A DNA stretch of 64,000 bases from Octopus sinensis (lineage: Eukaryota): assembly GCF_006345805.1 (NCBI RefSeq), contig NC_043008.1:68820001-68884000 (forward strand), written 5' to 3'. The position numbers and the translations under genes are program-made. The notes under the pieces are model-generated. The model worked only from the letters and a program-made list of their open reading frames with translations, was not told the DNA's origin and ran no database searches. The first letter of the stretch is position 1, and each line of letters starts with the position of its first letter. This document shows, piece after piece, positions 13,592 through 27,405 of the stretch.

Positions 13592-15873
13592 CACACACAT
13601 GCATACACACACATCTTGTATTCTTGGTATGAGTGTGAACAGAATAAAATGGGATCCAGTAGAATTTTAAGCATTAAGGAAGTGCTGAGTTGTATCCCGT
13701 TAAACCACTGGAAGTTCTATGTATTGGATTTTAACGACGCTTTTGAACATTCATAACCTTCCTGTTAGTAGATCTGCTCATATTTTAACGAAGACAACTG
13801 TGCATAGTAGGCGGAGGATAAATTGGTGAAGAGTTACAGGAGGAATATGTAGGGAGTTTTGAGAAAAGAGTGGGAAAGAGAAAACAGAGAAAAGGAAATG
13901 GTAGTCTTATTACAAATAGTAAATTTACTAATTGCATCTATAACTTTCAAAGTGATGCACAACAGTATCTAGAGACCTTTCAAAATCTCCTGAATCTATT
14001 AGTGCAAGCAGGCAAAACTAAAAATATGTTTGATCTTAACAGGCATTTGAACAAATAGATTACTATTAGATAATGATAATATAACATACTTGCAAAAAAT
14101 ACAGTATAGTAAACGGATGAAGCGAAGAATTTAGTTATACAGTTAACATATTAGATGATCGAATTGAACGTCTTAACGCAAACTGCAGTTAAGGATTAAG
14201 GATCAGAAAGATAATTTCAACCACAATTCCAGTTAATCCTGTATTAGCTTTCTAACTCCGTTCTTGTAATCCCACGTAATCCCATATTTTTTTTCCTTTG
14301 AGACGTAGGTGCTTTCAGTTTCTTCTCTTCTAAATTTAGTTCCCTGAGAGTCACTTTCCGTGTCCTAAATCTTAAGAATCTTTCCATTTTAATGCCAATT
14401 AATGCTTCTCTTAATGCAAGATCAAAACGTGACTTGTGTTAGCTTATGGGAAGAAAGCTTTCATCTGTTACCTTGTGTTGAGTAATGATACGAAAATTTT
14501 CACCCATCGCCTTGTAATAGTATTTATTTTGTCATGAACTGTATTGCAACACAGCAGAGATAAACATCGCGCGGTTTTCGTACTAAGTATTGGCCAATGT
14601 TGGTTTCAGCTGGCCGAAGTAAATTATTCATACACTATTTTACGGAATTAATTACTTTTTCTTTCGTTCGTTACTACTAACGTGTGAGAGGGTTTATGTA
14701 TGAATGTGTATGTGTATGTCGTTATCTGTATGCATATATGTATGTATGCATGAAACATCAACAGTTAATAGTCTACTCCGAGTTTCGCCCATGGATGTGT
14801 GGCTGACATTAAATATCTTCTAACAATTGATGAATGCTGACGATAGAGCTGCCGTTGGAATTACAGATAAATAAAGAAATAAATCCCGAAAGGAAGAAAT
14901 GAAGAACTGCATTAGTAATATTCGCAGGGAAGAGATAAATTGGATTGCTCTGAATAACGTTTCGAATTGTATGTAAATCTTGAATTAAGTTTACTGCTTT
15001 TTCTCTCCTCTCTTTTACAATACTGAGGAACTAGAAAAGATAATGGCTTCCTCCAAACGAAATGCTTTCAATGTCTACTCTATCCTTCTTTCTCTTCCAT
15101 TTAAGTAATAATTTAATTCAATATAATGTAATGTTTTAATAGGCCCTATATCCTGACTACCCCGTACTGATGAGATCCCAATAAATTGAAATAGCAGCTA
15201 AATACGAATGCTAAAGAACACATAATTAAAACAAAATTAGGGATAATATTCGAATAAAAAAATTATTTTATCATTTTACTTGTCTTAGCCATTTGACAGC
15301 AGCTTTGAAGAGTTTAGGCGAACAAATCGACAGCAGTACTTGCATTTTTAAAGTTTTGTACTTACGGGGTGCTCGAGCTAAATGTGATTATTCTTATGTC
15401 TTTTTTGTATTCAGGAACAGATCGATGTATTGGTGAACTGTCAACGGCGTTAAAGAGCTTAAAGGTTAAAGTTGTAGCTGAGAAAAAGTTAAGAGGGCAG
15501 GAAACCGTCTGAATATTGGAGGACAGTTACTTGTATCATGATTACACACTCCGGGTATGAAACTGCTTACACCATGACAGCTAGTTAAAGGTCTGTGAAC
15601 GCTGTAAAACTGTAAGACGTAACATCTACATCTGCAATAGAGACGACGATTTCTTGGCTAGCAGGAAGGGACACAGCAGACGTCCTGACTGTGCCCTCAC
15701 GCCGGAGTTTAACCATACGTGTTTTAACAAGGCTTTAGGCTCAATTCAAATAATTATGTGCGGATGGTGGAGACTGTGGTCAAACCCTAGCTAGATATGT
15801 TCGCTGCTGGAAGGCCATTTGCGTGGCATCAAAACTCGGCTCCTTGCCATACCCCCGGAAAGATACAGATATA

Positions 15874-15909
<36 letters not shown>

Positions 15910-15946
15910 TGTATGTAGTATGTATGTATGTATGTATGTATGTATG

Positions 15947-15999
<53 letters not shown>

Positions 16000-18689
16000 A
16001 GGGATGAATAATGGGGTTGAATTCATGTTCACATAGTTGTAAAGCAAACCTTGTAACTACAGAGCCATGTGCTTTATTTTATTTTATTTGTGAGGGATGC
16101 ATCATTGATTTTTTAACTGTATAGTCTCCAGTCGTAAACGTCAGCTGAGATTTCGCAACGTCTTCCTCAATTATCAGCACGTGATTTGCTTACAGGTTCA
16201 AACTGTTGTGCTGTACAAACCTTTTTATCCCAACTTTCTTTCAAAATCGACATTGCCCGTATAGTAGAATGGTGTCCCATACAGCAGTTGTCGAACTGAA
16301 AGCGAAGCGACTGTGAATGAAGTCTTTTGATTAAGAATACAACGCACCACCCGTTCGAAGAATCGAAACCACCACCCTTTCGAAGAATCGAAAGCACAAG
16401 ATTACGATCATAGTGAAACACCTTAACCACCAATCCACTTGCTTTCAAGTTTTTGAAATACTTGTAATGTAATGGTGTAAATTAAACTATCTATTCCTCT
16501 GGTTTAAAACAATCGATTTTGTGTGTAATTTATACAAATTAACAAGAAACTGTAAAACGGCGGGCGAAATGACTTTCTATTCAGTGTGTAGTCTCGGTCT
16601 TCTACCTCTTGAGTTCATTTCATGCTAGTGTTGAATATTACTTCCGGTGTTTTAAGCTTTGTAAAATACCAGGTGTACACCTGAGTGAATCTAATCAACT
16701 ATATTGCTGCTATACATCTGAAAATGAAATAAACATGACACACCCGTCTACCCCCACGAAAAACAGGGGGGAAAATAGAAGGAAAACTCGGTACGTGCCC
16801 TGTTCCCTGTTCTTAAACAAGAAATCAATAATTATTTTCTACAAAAATGCGTAGAAGAGGAAGGAGATACAAGTAAAGGGCAAATGAAAATGAGAAAGGA
16901 GCGCGAGATAGAAAGAGAGAGAGGGAGAGAATATAAAAATAGGCAAGCGCAGTGCGAGTCGGGAAGAAGGGAAGATTAGCCGTGAGTGACAGGGAGGGGG
17001 AGAGAGAGAGGGAGAGGGAGAGAAAGAGAAAGAGAGAAAGAGGTGAGAAGCGGAGAAAATCTGAGTAAACAAGTGAGTGACAGAGTGAGGGAATGAGAGA
17101 GAAAGAGGGAGGAGAGAGGGAGAGAGAGAAATGTTAAGAGACAGAGAGAAGGCTTTATCGCTGATGGAATCCTAAACGGAAATTTGACTTGTCGTTTAAT
17201 TCAAGATCCTATCAGGGAGAGGGTTGTGGCGGCGGAAGGATTGTGGTCTCTGTTGGAAGCAGAGATTAAGAATTCTAGTATGGTTTAATTAGTGATAGAA
17301 GAGAACAAGGTGTTTTAGGTTTGACATGAACAATTCAATATGGCAGCCAACCAAAATTCAACTTAAACTGTAACGAATGTCTTGTCAACATCATAATGGC
17401 AGACATTTGTTTTAGTTTTATTTCATTTCATTTTCATGTTCTGATTTCTTTATATTTTACCGATTTTGATATTTCTATTTACACTGGGTGCGGTGGTGGA
17501 GGCCAGTAAAATATAGTACCAGTCAAGCACTGAGACAGATTCCGCTGTTTCTCTCACTCTCTGCCTGTCTTTCTCTGATCTTTATATGGTTATTTGTCAT
17601 TCAAAGCAGGGTGACATCTGGTCCTAAACCCTGGTAAAACAACAGGGCTGACTTAGAAGTTAGCAACATCTCATAAAAAGCTAACTTGCTGCAAAATCCA
17701 TTCAAAGAAACCAAACAAATCCTTCGAAGGTCGGAGACAGATATGCTAGGCATGGACGGACTGGTGTAATGCGCAGCACCAAATCGACTAAAGACTAAAG
17801 AACAAAGTCTTAGGTCGAATACTAGAGGTTTTTAAATCACTTGTACAGTTTACCATAATGTACAGTTTACCACAATAATAACTCAACATTGATCTACTGC
17901 AAATTTGACTTTAACTTTTTCTCAATCTCAAAGACAGATCAATAGAATATGTACTCCTAATATGTGGGGACGCATTCTTTTCTTGAATTTGTAACCCTAT
18001 GCCGATATGATAAAATAATTGTTGTTATCATTTGTATTGAGGGCAACATTGTAAAATATGTTTTGCAATATATCTTCTGACTCGTCACATTCTGAGTTCA
18101 AATTTCGCGGAGGCCAACTTCCACAATCGATAAAATAAAGTACCAGACAAAAACTGGGGCCAACGGTATCGATTAATGCCCTTCCCTCAACTCTTTTAGT
18201 CTTGTATCTAAATTAGAACCGTTATTGTTGGGTTGTCATTGAGTCCAAATCTCCGCGAGCGATAAAATAAATACCAGTAATACACTGTTTCTCAGTTTAA
18301 TCGATATCCAACAACAGAAAGATGAGTGAAATGGTAGGAACTGTAGACTACGGAATTCCATATTTTATGATATTTAGTTAGTGTCTTTTGATCCTGAATT
18401 CCTGTCCGTCAGAGATCAACTTAGTCCTTCATTCACGCTGGGACGATAAACTATTGAAACGCTCATATACTCCTACCTCTCACAGCAGCCACGTGACAAG
18501 ATCATAATTGGAGCATAATATTGTTTAATGTAAAGTGTTCTGAAGTCGTACAAAACGATAGAAGTATCGGACTAAAACACTTTAATTAATTCGGTCTCTC
18601 CACGTTCTAAGTCCAATTCCTGCCAATATCGATTTTGCGAAGCGAACTTCCTAACTATTTATTCATTGGTTAAATATAATTCTTTCTAA

Positions 18690-18890
18690 TATAGGCACAA
18701 GTTCTGAAGTTTGGGGAAGAGAGCTAGTCAATTATATCGACCTTAGTACTCAACTGGCACTTATTTTATCGACCCCAAAAGGGATAAAAGGCAAACTCGA
18801 CCTTGGCGGAAAATGAATTCAAGACGTATAGTCGGAAGAAATATTGCTAAGCATTTTCCCTCTCATCGCTAACGAATCTGCTAGCTCGCC
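18690..18890 (-). mobile_element. SINE family A, older tail type
   Basis: Reverse complement reads ggcgagctagcagattcgttagc...gccaaggtcgagtttgccttttatcccttttggggtcgataaaataagtgccag. Confidence 0.8.
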
Positions 18891-18935
18891 ACATGTATTC
18901 TTTATATATAATAATAATAAATTTACCAAAAGGAA

Positions 18936-19329
18936 GGCAGTGAGCTGGCAGAAAAGTTAGCACGTCGGGCGAAATGCTTAGCGGTATTTCGTCTGCCGCT
19001 ACGTTCTGAGTTCAAATTCCGCCGAGGTCGACTTGTCTTTCATCCTTTCGGGTTCGATTAAATAAGTACCAGTTACGCACTAGGGTCGATACAATTGACT
19101 TAATCCGTTTGTCTGCCCTTGTTTGTCCTCTATGTGTGTAGCCCCTTGTGGTAGTAAAGAAATAGGTATTTCGTCTGTTGCTACGTTCTAAGTTCAAATT
19201 CCATCGGGGTCGATTTCACCTTTCATCTTTTCAAGGGGTCGATAAAATAAGTACCAGTTGAACACTGGTGTCAATATAATTAACTTACCCCTTCCCGAAA
19301 TTGCTGGTTTTGTGCCAAAGTTTGAAACC
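18936..19329 (+). mobile_element. Compound SINE family A: young copy (18936-19164) joined at GGTATTTC to a headless older body (19165-19329)
   Basis: Head ggcagtgagctggcagaa and young tail gccccttgtggtagtaaagaaata, then a second core ending in the older tail gaaattgctggttttgtgccaaagtttgaaacc. Confidence 0.85.
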
Positions 19330-20201
19330 AATAAATTTAACAATGTATCCAATTCATGAGGTAATGTAGCATTTACGTATTCCTTAAAGAAATTTAAGAC
19401 GCTAGTGAAGTGAAATAGCTCTAAATCTATGGAAAGAAACCAGATCTCAAGATTCAGTTGGTTTGGAGCTCTTGGTTCTTTTACTCGAAAGCGTTCTTCA
19501 CCGAAACTTTAAAAATTGTTATTCCATTCAAATCACATGAAATTTATTTTCGCTTTTATTTTCGTTTCTTTTTCCTGGATTTTTTTTTTCTAATTTCCAC
19601 TCTGGAATCTCTGTGCCAAATAAACAATGTTTAGGAGAGCGTGAAGAAATATTGCTACGGTGAATGAATGGAATTCGAATTCCCAGGGCCAACCAAAATT
19701 CGCCCCGAAAAAGAAACAAAAGCTAAGAAAATCAAAAATAAAACAATAACAAAAACAATAGACAGAAACAATTTAGGAGGGGTTGATGGGTTTGTGGGGT
19801 TGGGAGTTGCAAGGGAAATAAACTAATAGACGAACAAACAATGTATTGTTTTGTTATAGAGAATGGTAATAGAGAAAAAGTTAAGATATATAAATTGATA
19901 AAGAACAATTGGTAACAATATTAATTGCTCACATGTGTATGACTGCTAATAAACATACCAATTACTCAACAGGGAGGAATATAATGGGAACAACAACATA
20001 ACAACAACAACAATAACAATAACAACAACAATAACAATAACAACAACAGCTGTAGCAGCAGCAACAACCTCACATAGACACTGACTCATAGATGCACACA
20101 AACAGACAGAAAAACATATACATAAATATACATATAGAGAGAGACAAACAAACATATATACATGTATACACAGAGAACTATACGCACAAATTCAACTACA
20201 C

Positions 20202-20259
<58 letters not shown>

Positions 20260-21419
20260 CTTGTACACATACAAAATATTTACATGGAAAAATATGAGCA
20301 TAAAGTTATACAAACATACACACAGACATAGACACACACATAAATACACACATTACAAGAAACACTATACACATAAGCGCACACATGATATAGGAACACG
20401 AAAGCATATAAACACACACATACATACATACATACATACATACATACATACATACATACATACACACAGCTATACAATTACAGTGGCACAAGTGGTACAC
20501 ATACAGATAGGCACTCAGAGGCACAAACACAACAATACATACACAGAGGCTCACACAAAGAGGCACATCCACACAAGGGTAGCCACACACTCACATACAC
20601 TCACACACGTACACACAGACACTTGCCCACACAGGGAACAATATTAATAATAATAAGTCTTGAGAAAACCGTCATAACAACAAAACAAAACAGTAAAATT
20701 AATAATACCCTATAACAGTAAAAACAACCACAACAACAAAACTTCAACGATAATAATAACAATAACAACAGCAATAATTCATAATAACAAAAAGAAGTAA
20801 AAAAAAATTATGATCCCGGAACAAAAAAACTGCTATTTGATTTGATTTGATTGGTTAAGTTGAGCGAGGCTATTGTATTTAGATTCGATCTTGGCGCTAA
20901 ATTTCTTTCCATCGAACAGTTATTAATTCTCATCAAATCTTATGTTAAATATCCCAACTTCATTTGTTGTTTACTTTTATTTCTGTTTTGTTCCCATTTT
21001 TTGTTTTAAATAATAAAGTATATATTTCTGGTATTTTCTGTTGTTTTTTTTTCTTTCTAAATATGAAATACTTTCTACTTTTTTTTCTGTATATTTTGTA
21101 ATAAAATCATATATTTCTGTTTCGCTGCGTCTTCTTTTTTTTAAAAAAAATTTATATTAAATAATAAGAATATGTTTTCTGTCGTTTTGGTGATTGAGAT
21201 GGTGCTGGGGTATGCTATTTGTTTCTTGTATCTACAAATAATGATTTATAACAGGTACACGGTTTCAACTTCGAAGGAAAGGGAATGGTCGATTATTTTG
21301 AAACGTGCACATGACTGATACTTTATCTTTTATCGATACTGAGAATCTAAAAACAAAAGTTCACTTCGGCGGGATTTGAACTCAGGAAGTTACGGTCAGT
21401 AACTAAATAATGGTTACAA

Positions 21420-21804
21420 ATTTTTCCCACAAGGGCAGCAATTTCAGTGGAGGGGATGAGTCAATTACATCGACCCTAGTGTTCAACTGGTACTTATTTT
21501 ACCGACTTAGAAAGGATGAAAGGTAAAGTCGACCTCGATGGAAAAAGGACTCAGAAGGTATCCTCAGGTGAAATACCTATTTCTTTACTACCCACAAGGG
21601 GTTAAACACAGAGGAGACAAACAAGGACAAACAGATTAAGTCGATTATATTGACGCCAGTGCGTAACTGGTACTTAATTCATCGATCCCGAAAAGATGAA
21701 AGGCAAAGTCGACCTCGGCGGAATTTGAACTCAGAACGTAACGGCAGACGAAATATGGCTCCGCATTTCACTCGGTGTGCTAACGTTTCTGCCAGCTCGC
21801 CGCC
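21420..21804 (-). mobile_element. Compound SINE family A: young copy (21578-21804) joined at GGTATTTC to an older body (21420-21577)
   Basis: Same architecture as 18936-19329, on the opposite strand. Confidence 0.85.
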
Positions 21805-21868
21805 TTTTGGGCAGTAACTAAATAAGGTATGTGTTTCGCCCAATCGTTCACCCATTCCTGCAACCTAG

Positions 21869-21919
<51 letters not shown>

Positions 21920-22153
21920 GGCAGAGCTTTGTGGTAAGAAATTTGTTTCCCAGCCTCATGTATCCGGGTTCAGCCCTACTGCGTGACAACATCGGTAAGT
22001 ATCTTCTGCCTGCTATAGACACAAGCCAACCAAAATGGGAACTGAAAGAAACCATTCGAATAAATATACAAATACAAATGTACATATAAATATATGTACA
22101 TACGTACACACACATATATATACATACATACATATATATATATATATATTTAT

Positions 22154-22184
<31 letters not shown>

Positions 22185-22389
22185 GGCGCAGGAGTGGCTT
22201 ACCAAACATGTGGTTCCGGGTTCAGTCCCACTGCGTGGTACCTTGGGCAGGTGTCTTCTACAATAGACTCTACTAAATCCACTCACAAGGCTTTGGTCGG
22301 CTCGAGGCTATTGTAGAAGACACTTGCCCAAGGTGACACGCAGTGGGACTGAACCCGGAGCCATATATTTGGTAAGCCACTCCTGCGCC
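22185..22389. mobile_element. Fold-back pair of SINE family B heads (82-bp arms, 41-bp spacer)
   Basis: Arm 22185-22266 is the near-exact reverse complement of 22308-22389. Confidence 0.92.
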
Positions 22390-22487
<98 letters not shown>

Positions 22488-22739
22488 GTATATATATATA
22501 TAATATATATATATGTATGTATGTATATGTGTGTGTGTGTGTGTGTGCGTGTGTGCGCGCGTGTGTGTGTAAATGTATATATATATATGTATATATATAT
22601 ATAAAGACAGATAGACACATAGAAAGATATCTTTTACTTGTTTCCGTCAACTAACTGTGGTAATGTTAGGACACCGCCTTGGAGTGTCTTAGTCGAAAGA
22701 ATCAGTTTATTTTTAATCTTGAGACTTATATATGTGTGT

Positions 22740-22957
22740 GTATGTATTTGTGTGTCTGTGTTTGTCTCCCCCCAACATCGTTTGACATGCGATGCTGATG
22801 TGTTTACGTCCCCGTACCATAACTGTTCGGCAGAAAGGGAGCGATAGAATAAGTACTAGGCTTACAAAGAATAAATCCTCGAGTCGATTTGCTCGACTAA
22901 AATGTGATGCTCCAGCATGGCCGCAGTCAAATGACCGAAACAACTAAAAGAATAAAA

Positions 22958-22960
<3 letters not shown>
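22740..22960 (+). mobile_element. SINE family B 3' half
   Basis: gtgtttgtctccccccaacatcg...ttacgtccccgt...gctccagcatggccgcagtcaaatgaccgaaac. Confidence 0.85.
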
Positions 22961-22991
<31 letters not shown>

Positions 22992-23646
22992 CAAAAAAGA
23001 AAATGGAGAAAAAATTTAGTTGGTTCATCAGCTTTCGATATTAGAATGTTGACTTATTTATTCATTTAACAAAAACGAGAACCTTAATATCATACATATA
23101 TACCTTGTAATTCAATACATATAAGATAAGAATACAATTATAAAAATCATTAAAATCATTCTTACAGCTGTTTCAGCCTATGGAAAAAAGTAGTTTTTTT
23201 TCAGTGCCTATAGTTATCAATTATATTGAGGTTGTAGGCATTTAAAAATAGGGTACTTATATATAACCATAAGCTACGTCAGAGATTATAAAGAACTTTA
23301 AAAATATGAATACATGAAACAGGATACACGTACAATTTAATATATATAAATATAAACAAATATCCATATACACATACACGTATACATAAATACATACATA
23401 AGCAAAGTATATACACCTTAACATGTGTATAAATACATAAATAAGCACAATTAAACAATAGGTCCAAGCAAATAGACCATTTGTCATATACATATATATA
23501 TACTGGAACATATACATACGTCTATGCTCATGACTACATAAACAATAATCAATAATATATATATGTGTGTGTGTGTGTGTGTATATGCGTGTGTGTGTAT
23601 GTATGTATATAGTAATTATTCGAGGCGGAAGCAGTAACCGGATGCT

Positions 23647-23692
23647 TTCCTCTGATGATTGCCAGTAGAAATGAAATCACGTGATATTGGAA
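23647..23692 (+). ncRNA. Degenerate type-I hammerhead ribozyme motif
   Basis: CTGATGA (23652-58), GAAA (23673-76), palindromic stem III ATCACGTGAT and an AUA triplet. Stems I and II are eroded. Confidence 0.55.
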
Positions 23693-24137
23693 TTCCGGCA
23701 CCCATAAAGACGACTTTCGTCTGCTACGATTTTTGTATGCGTGTGTGTGTGCTGTCATGCTCTAAAGCGCCTATATGGAACTATCTCTCCAGGCTAATAA
23801 CTCGTCATTCGGTCTTCTAACTAGACATCCATGTTATGTTGGATATAAAAATTACCTTTTCGTATTAATACTGCTTCGTCTCTAACGATTAATTTTTAAT
23901 AAGCTTGTTGGCTATTTGTGACGTCGGTGTCTGAAAAGATGCTGATAATCTATTTTTCGCAGCAGTAAGAACCGACTGGCATACGGTGACCGTACGCTTC
24001 TAACCGATAATTTTCAGCAGAATTGGGAATTCCGGCGTCCAGGACAGGCGAGTTTTGTTTGCCACGATCTATATATATGTGCTTTTATATAGCAGGCACC
24101 ACCTACATAAGAGGATCTAATAACGTAGTATTCGGTG

Positions 24138-24196
<59 letters not shown>

Positions 24197-24211
24197 AAAC
24201 ATACATATATA

Positions 24212-24374
24212 CGATGGGCTTCTTTCAGTTTCCGTCTACCAAATCCACTCATAAGGCTTTGGTCGGCCCGAGGCTATAGTAGAAGACACCTGCCCGAGGT
24301 GCCACGCAGTGGGACTGAACCCGGAACCATGTGGTTTGTAAGCAAGCAACTTACCACACAGACACTCCTACGCC
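24212..24374 (-). mobile_element. SINE family B 5' half
   Basis: Reverse complement of the head through ggaaactgaaagaagccc. Confidence 0.9.
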
Positions 24375-24735
24375 TCAAAATTTTCATCACTTTTTGTTTC
24401 TTTCTGAAGTTATGGACATGTGCAACTGTTGTATACATGATGATTGACCTGTGACGGGAAACATGGGACGATGCGAGTCACTTCCGGTTTTTTATGTTTC
24501 TTTACATTTCGTTTTCATGCATTATTGCTAGCAATATTCTCTATGTTCTTTTTCTTTCTTCTTTCTCCTTTTCTCCCTCTTATTTTTTCTCCTTCTGAGA
24601 ATGCCTTCATACTTTATGTCTGTTCGTGACTATAGAGATGCCCCAAAACTGGCAAAAGCACGATACTGATTACTCAATCAGCCTCGATTCCGAGTGGTTG
24701 CCGTGGTTTCATTTATACACACGCGCACACACACT

Positions 24736-24767
<32 letters not shown>

Positions 24768-25018
24768 CACACACACACGCACACACACACATTCGCAAAC
24801 ACACACGCACACATACACACACATGTATGTATGAATATATATATGTATATATGTATAGGTATATTTATATAGATACACATATAATATGCATGTGCTCACA
24901 CACACATACACATATATATGTGTGTGTGTATTATATATATATATATATGTCCATATATGTATAAGTGTGTAAGTATATATATGTATATTATATGTATATG
25001 TATGTATATATGTTATAA

Positions 25019-25053
<35 letters not shown>

Positions 25054-25874
25054 GTAGTAGTAGCAGCAGCAGCAGCAGCTGCAGTTGTAGTAGTGTGTAA
25101 GTATGTATATATATCTATCAATATGGTTACATACACAAATTGTATTACTGTACTTTCTCAATCTATCTCAGATGATTAAATGCTGTTAACTAAACTCGGT
25201 GAAATTTAACGTCATTGAAAGCAATAACGACATCTCTCTGCGGGAGAAGGTCGGAATTTATAAAGTACAGAAGACACAGAAATGTCCTCTGTAGGCACTG
25301 GAGAACGAATGAGAAATCTTAAATACGAAATCAACTGTATTTGAACTCAAGAACCCAGTTAACTAAACATCACAAGAGCACGTTATCGTTTCTACCATTG
25401 CAATAGGGAATATCGATAAGTAAGTTTGGCAAAGGGCCACGGATATATAATGCAGGGAATGTTGATTGAATTAGGTTTAGTACATGAGTGGAAGTTATTT
25501 TATCGACCCACAGGAATGAGGAAGCACGTTGATTCCAACGGGATTTGATCTCTGCCACTTCATAGCTTTTGATACAATACAACATTAATATTGATATGGA
25601 AGATAACCAGAAAGAGACATCCGTTGAGAATGTTCTTCGTATTCATATTGCATATAAAACTGCTATAGGATTTGAACTCGGTACGGTTGCATTGCAGGAT
25701 AAGTTCATAACAACAGTTTCTAACATCAGTAGAATTTTAACATAAGTATTTTTAAGTATGAGAAGAGATGAAGAGATGAATATTCTATTTAATAGGTGAC
25801 CCCAGTAAATGACTGCTATACATTTGTTGAATCATCAACGGATGGAAAATAAAAGGAAGAATAGATCGGAATGG

Positions 25875-26300
25875 CATCAGAAAACCTCCTCTTCATCCAT
25901 CTCCTCTCTTTCCTCCTCCTCCTCCTCCTCCTCCTCCTTTTTCTTCTTCTTCTTTCCCTTCTTCTTCTTCTTCTTCTTCTTCTTCGTCTTCTTCTTCTTC
26001 TCATCCTCATCCCATCTCCGCTTCTTCCCCCTCCTCCTCCTCCTCCTCCTCCTCCTCCTCCTCCGTGCTTGTCTCCTAATTTCTGCTCTCTTCAACTTAC
26101 TCCTGTTCATTCCATTTTCACCTTATCTATTTTTTTCTCATCACCCCTCATCTTCCTCTTCCCCACATCTTTACCCCTCCCCTAATCTCATTTCTTTCCT
26201 CCCCTCCTCCATCTCTTTCACCGCTTCTCCATTTTCTTCCTCTCCGCTGCTCTTCCTCCATTTCCTCCTTCTCATTCTCCTTCCTCACAAGTTCCCATCT
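25875..26300. repeat. Polypyrimidine (CCT)n/(CTT)n tract
   Basis: Directly visible. It accounts for the poly-S/F/L/P/R/K ORFs here. Confidence 0.9.
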
Positions 26301-26969
26301 CTCCACATCCTTATCATAACAGTACAGTCATTAGTAGTAGTAGTACTTTCTAACATATTCACAAGACCACGAATTTTGTGGAACACAGTCACATATCTGT
26401 CTCGCTATTTGACTGGTACCTATTTTATCAATACGGAAATTTTTCTTGAACTCTGAAAGTTCATTTCTAGTAATTTTACTTGCTTTGTGGGGCACGTCGA
26501 TGTTTGTGGTCTTTCGGAATGATTTCTGTGGACACTTTGAACGGTTCCTTATTAGACTTATCTATAATTCGAGTGATGGTAAATCGCGACGGCGGATTTG
26601 TTTGAAACTCCTCATTAAAATGTCTTTGTACTTGGACTATGTTTTCAAACTTCCACTAGCACTCTAAACTAAATTTCCTTTGATCAGAGCTTAGTCTATA
26701 AAACTCCCTTCATAAATGAGGTAAATCTGAAAGGAAATGAAAATTGAGTTATCAGCTGTTAAAGTGTGTATACAAATTATTTATGGGATACCTCGTACAC
26801 ACACACACACACGTACACACTTACACACACACACACGCACATACACTGACACAGACATAAATAGACACACAAACACTCGCACATACACACATATTTATAC
26901 TTATATATAAGAGCAAACGTTGTTGTGTAAGTGCGGACACATCTGTGTGGTAAGAAGCCTGACGGGTTC

Positions 26970-27209
26970 TTCAGGCGAAAGGCGGTGAGCTGGCAGAATC
27001 GTTAGCACGCCGGTCGAAATGCTTAGCGGTATTTCGTCTGCCGCTACGTTCAGAGTTCAAATTCCGCCGAGGTCGCCTTTGCCTTTCATCCTTTTGGGGT
27101 CGATTAAATAAGTACCATTTACACACTGGGGACGATATAATCGACTTAATCCGTTTTTCTGTCCTTGCTTATGCCTTCTATGTTTAGCCCCTTGTGGGCA
27201 ATAAATAAA
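26970..27209 (+). mobile_element. Young SINE family A inserted into a family B SINE (host about 26945-27330), with a 19-bp target-site duplication
   Basis: taagaagcctgacgggttc (26951-69) versus taagaagcttgacgggttc (27210-28). The host B sequence resumes after the second copy. Confidence 0.9.
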
Positions 27210-27364
27210 TAAGAAGCTTGACGGGTTCAGTCCTAGGTTCAGTTGCACTGCATGGCACCTTCGGCAAATGCTGTCTACTATAGTCTAAGGCCAGCCAAAG
27301 CTTTTCAGTGGTTTGATAGACGGAAACTGAAAGAAAGCCGCCATATATATATATATATATATAT

Positions 27365-27399
<35 letters not shown>

Positions 27400-27405
<6 letters not shown>

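Noticed and set aside
15420-15560. Possible RTE endonuclease N-terminal relic
   Set aside because: The similarity is too short and degenerate to support.
16200-16450. Possible mariner N-terminal relic (SVRQ...SILKE..KKVC)
   Set aside because: It needs several frameshifts and has no terminal repeat. Too weak to list.
23150-23215. Minus-strand GAAACAGCTGTA with upstream CTGAAAA as a hammerhead
   Set aside because: Palindromic stem III is present, but the core lacks G8 and stems I and II do not pair.
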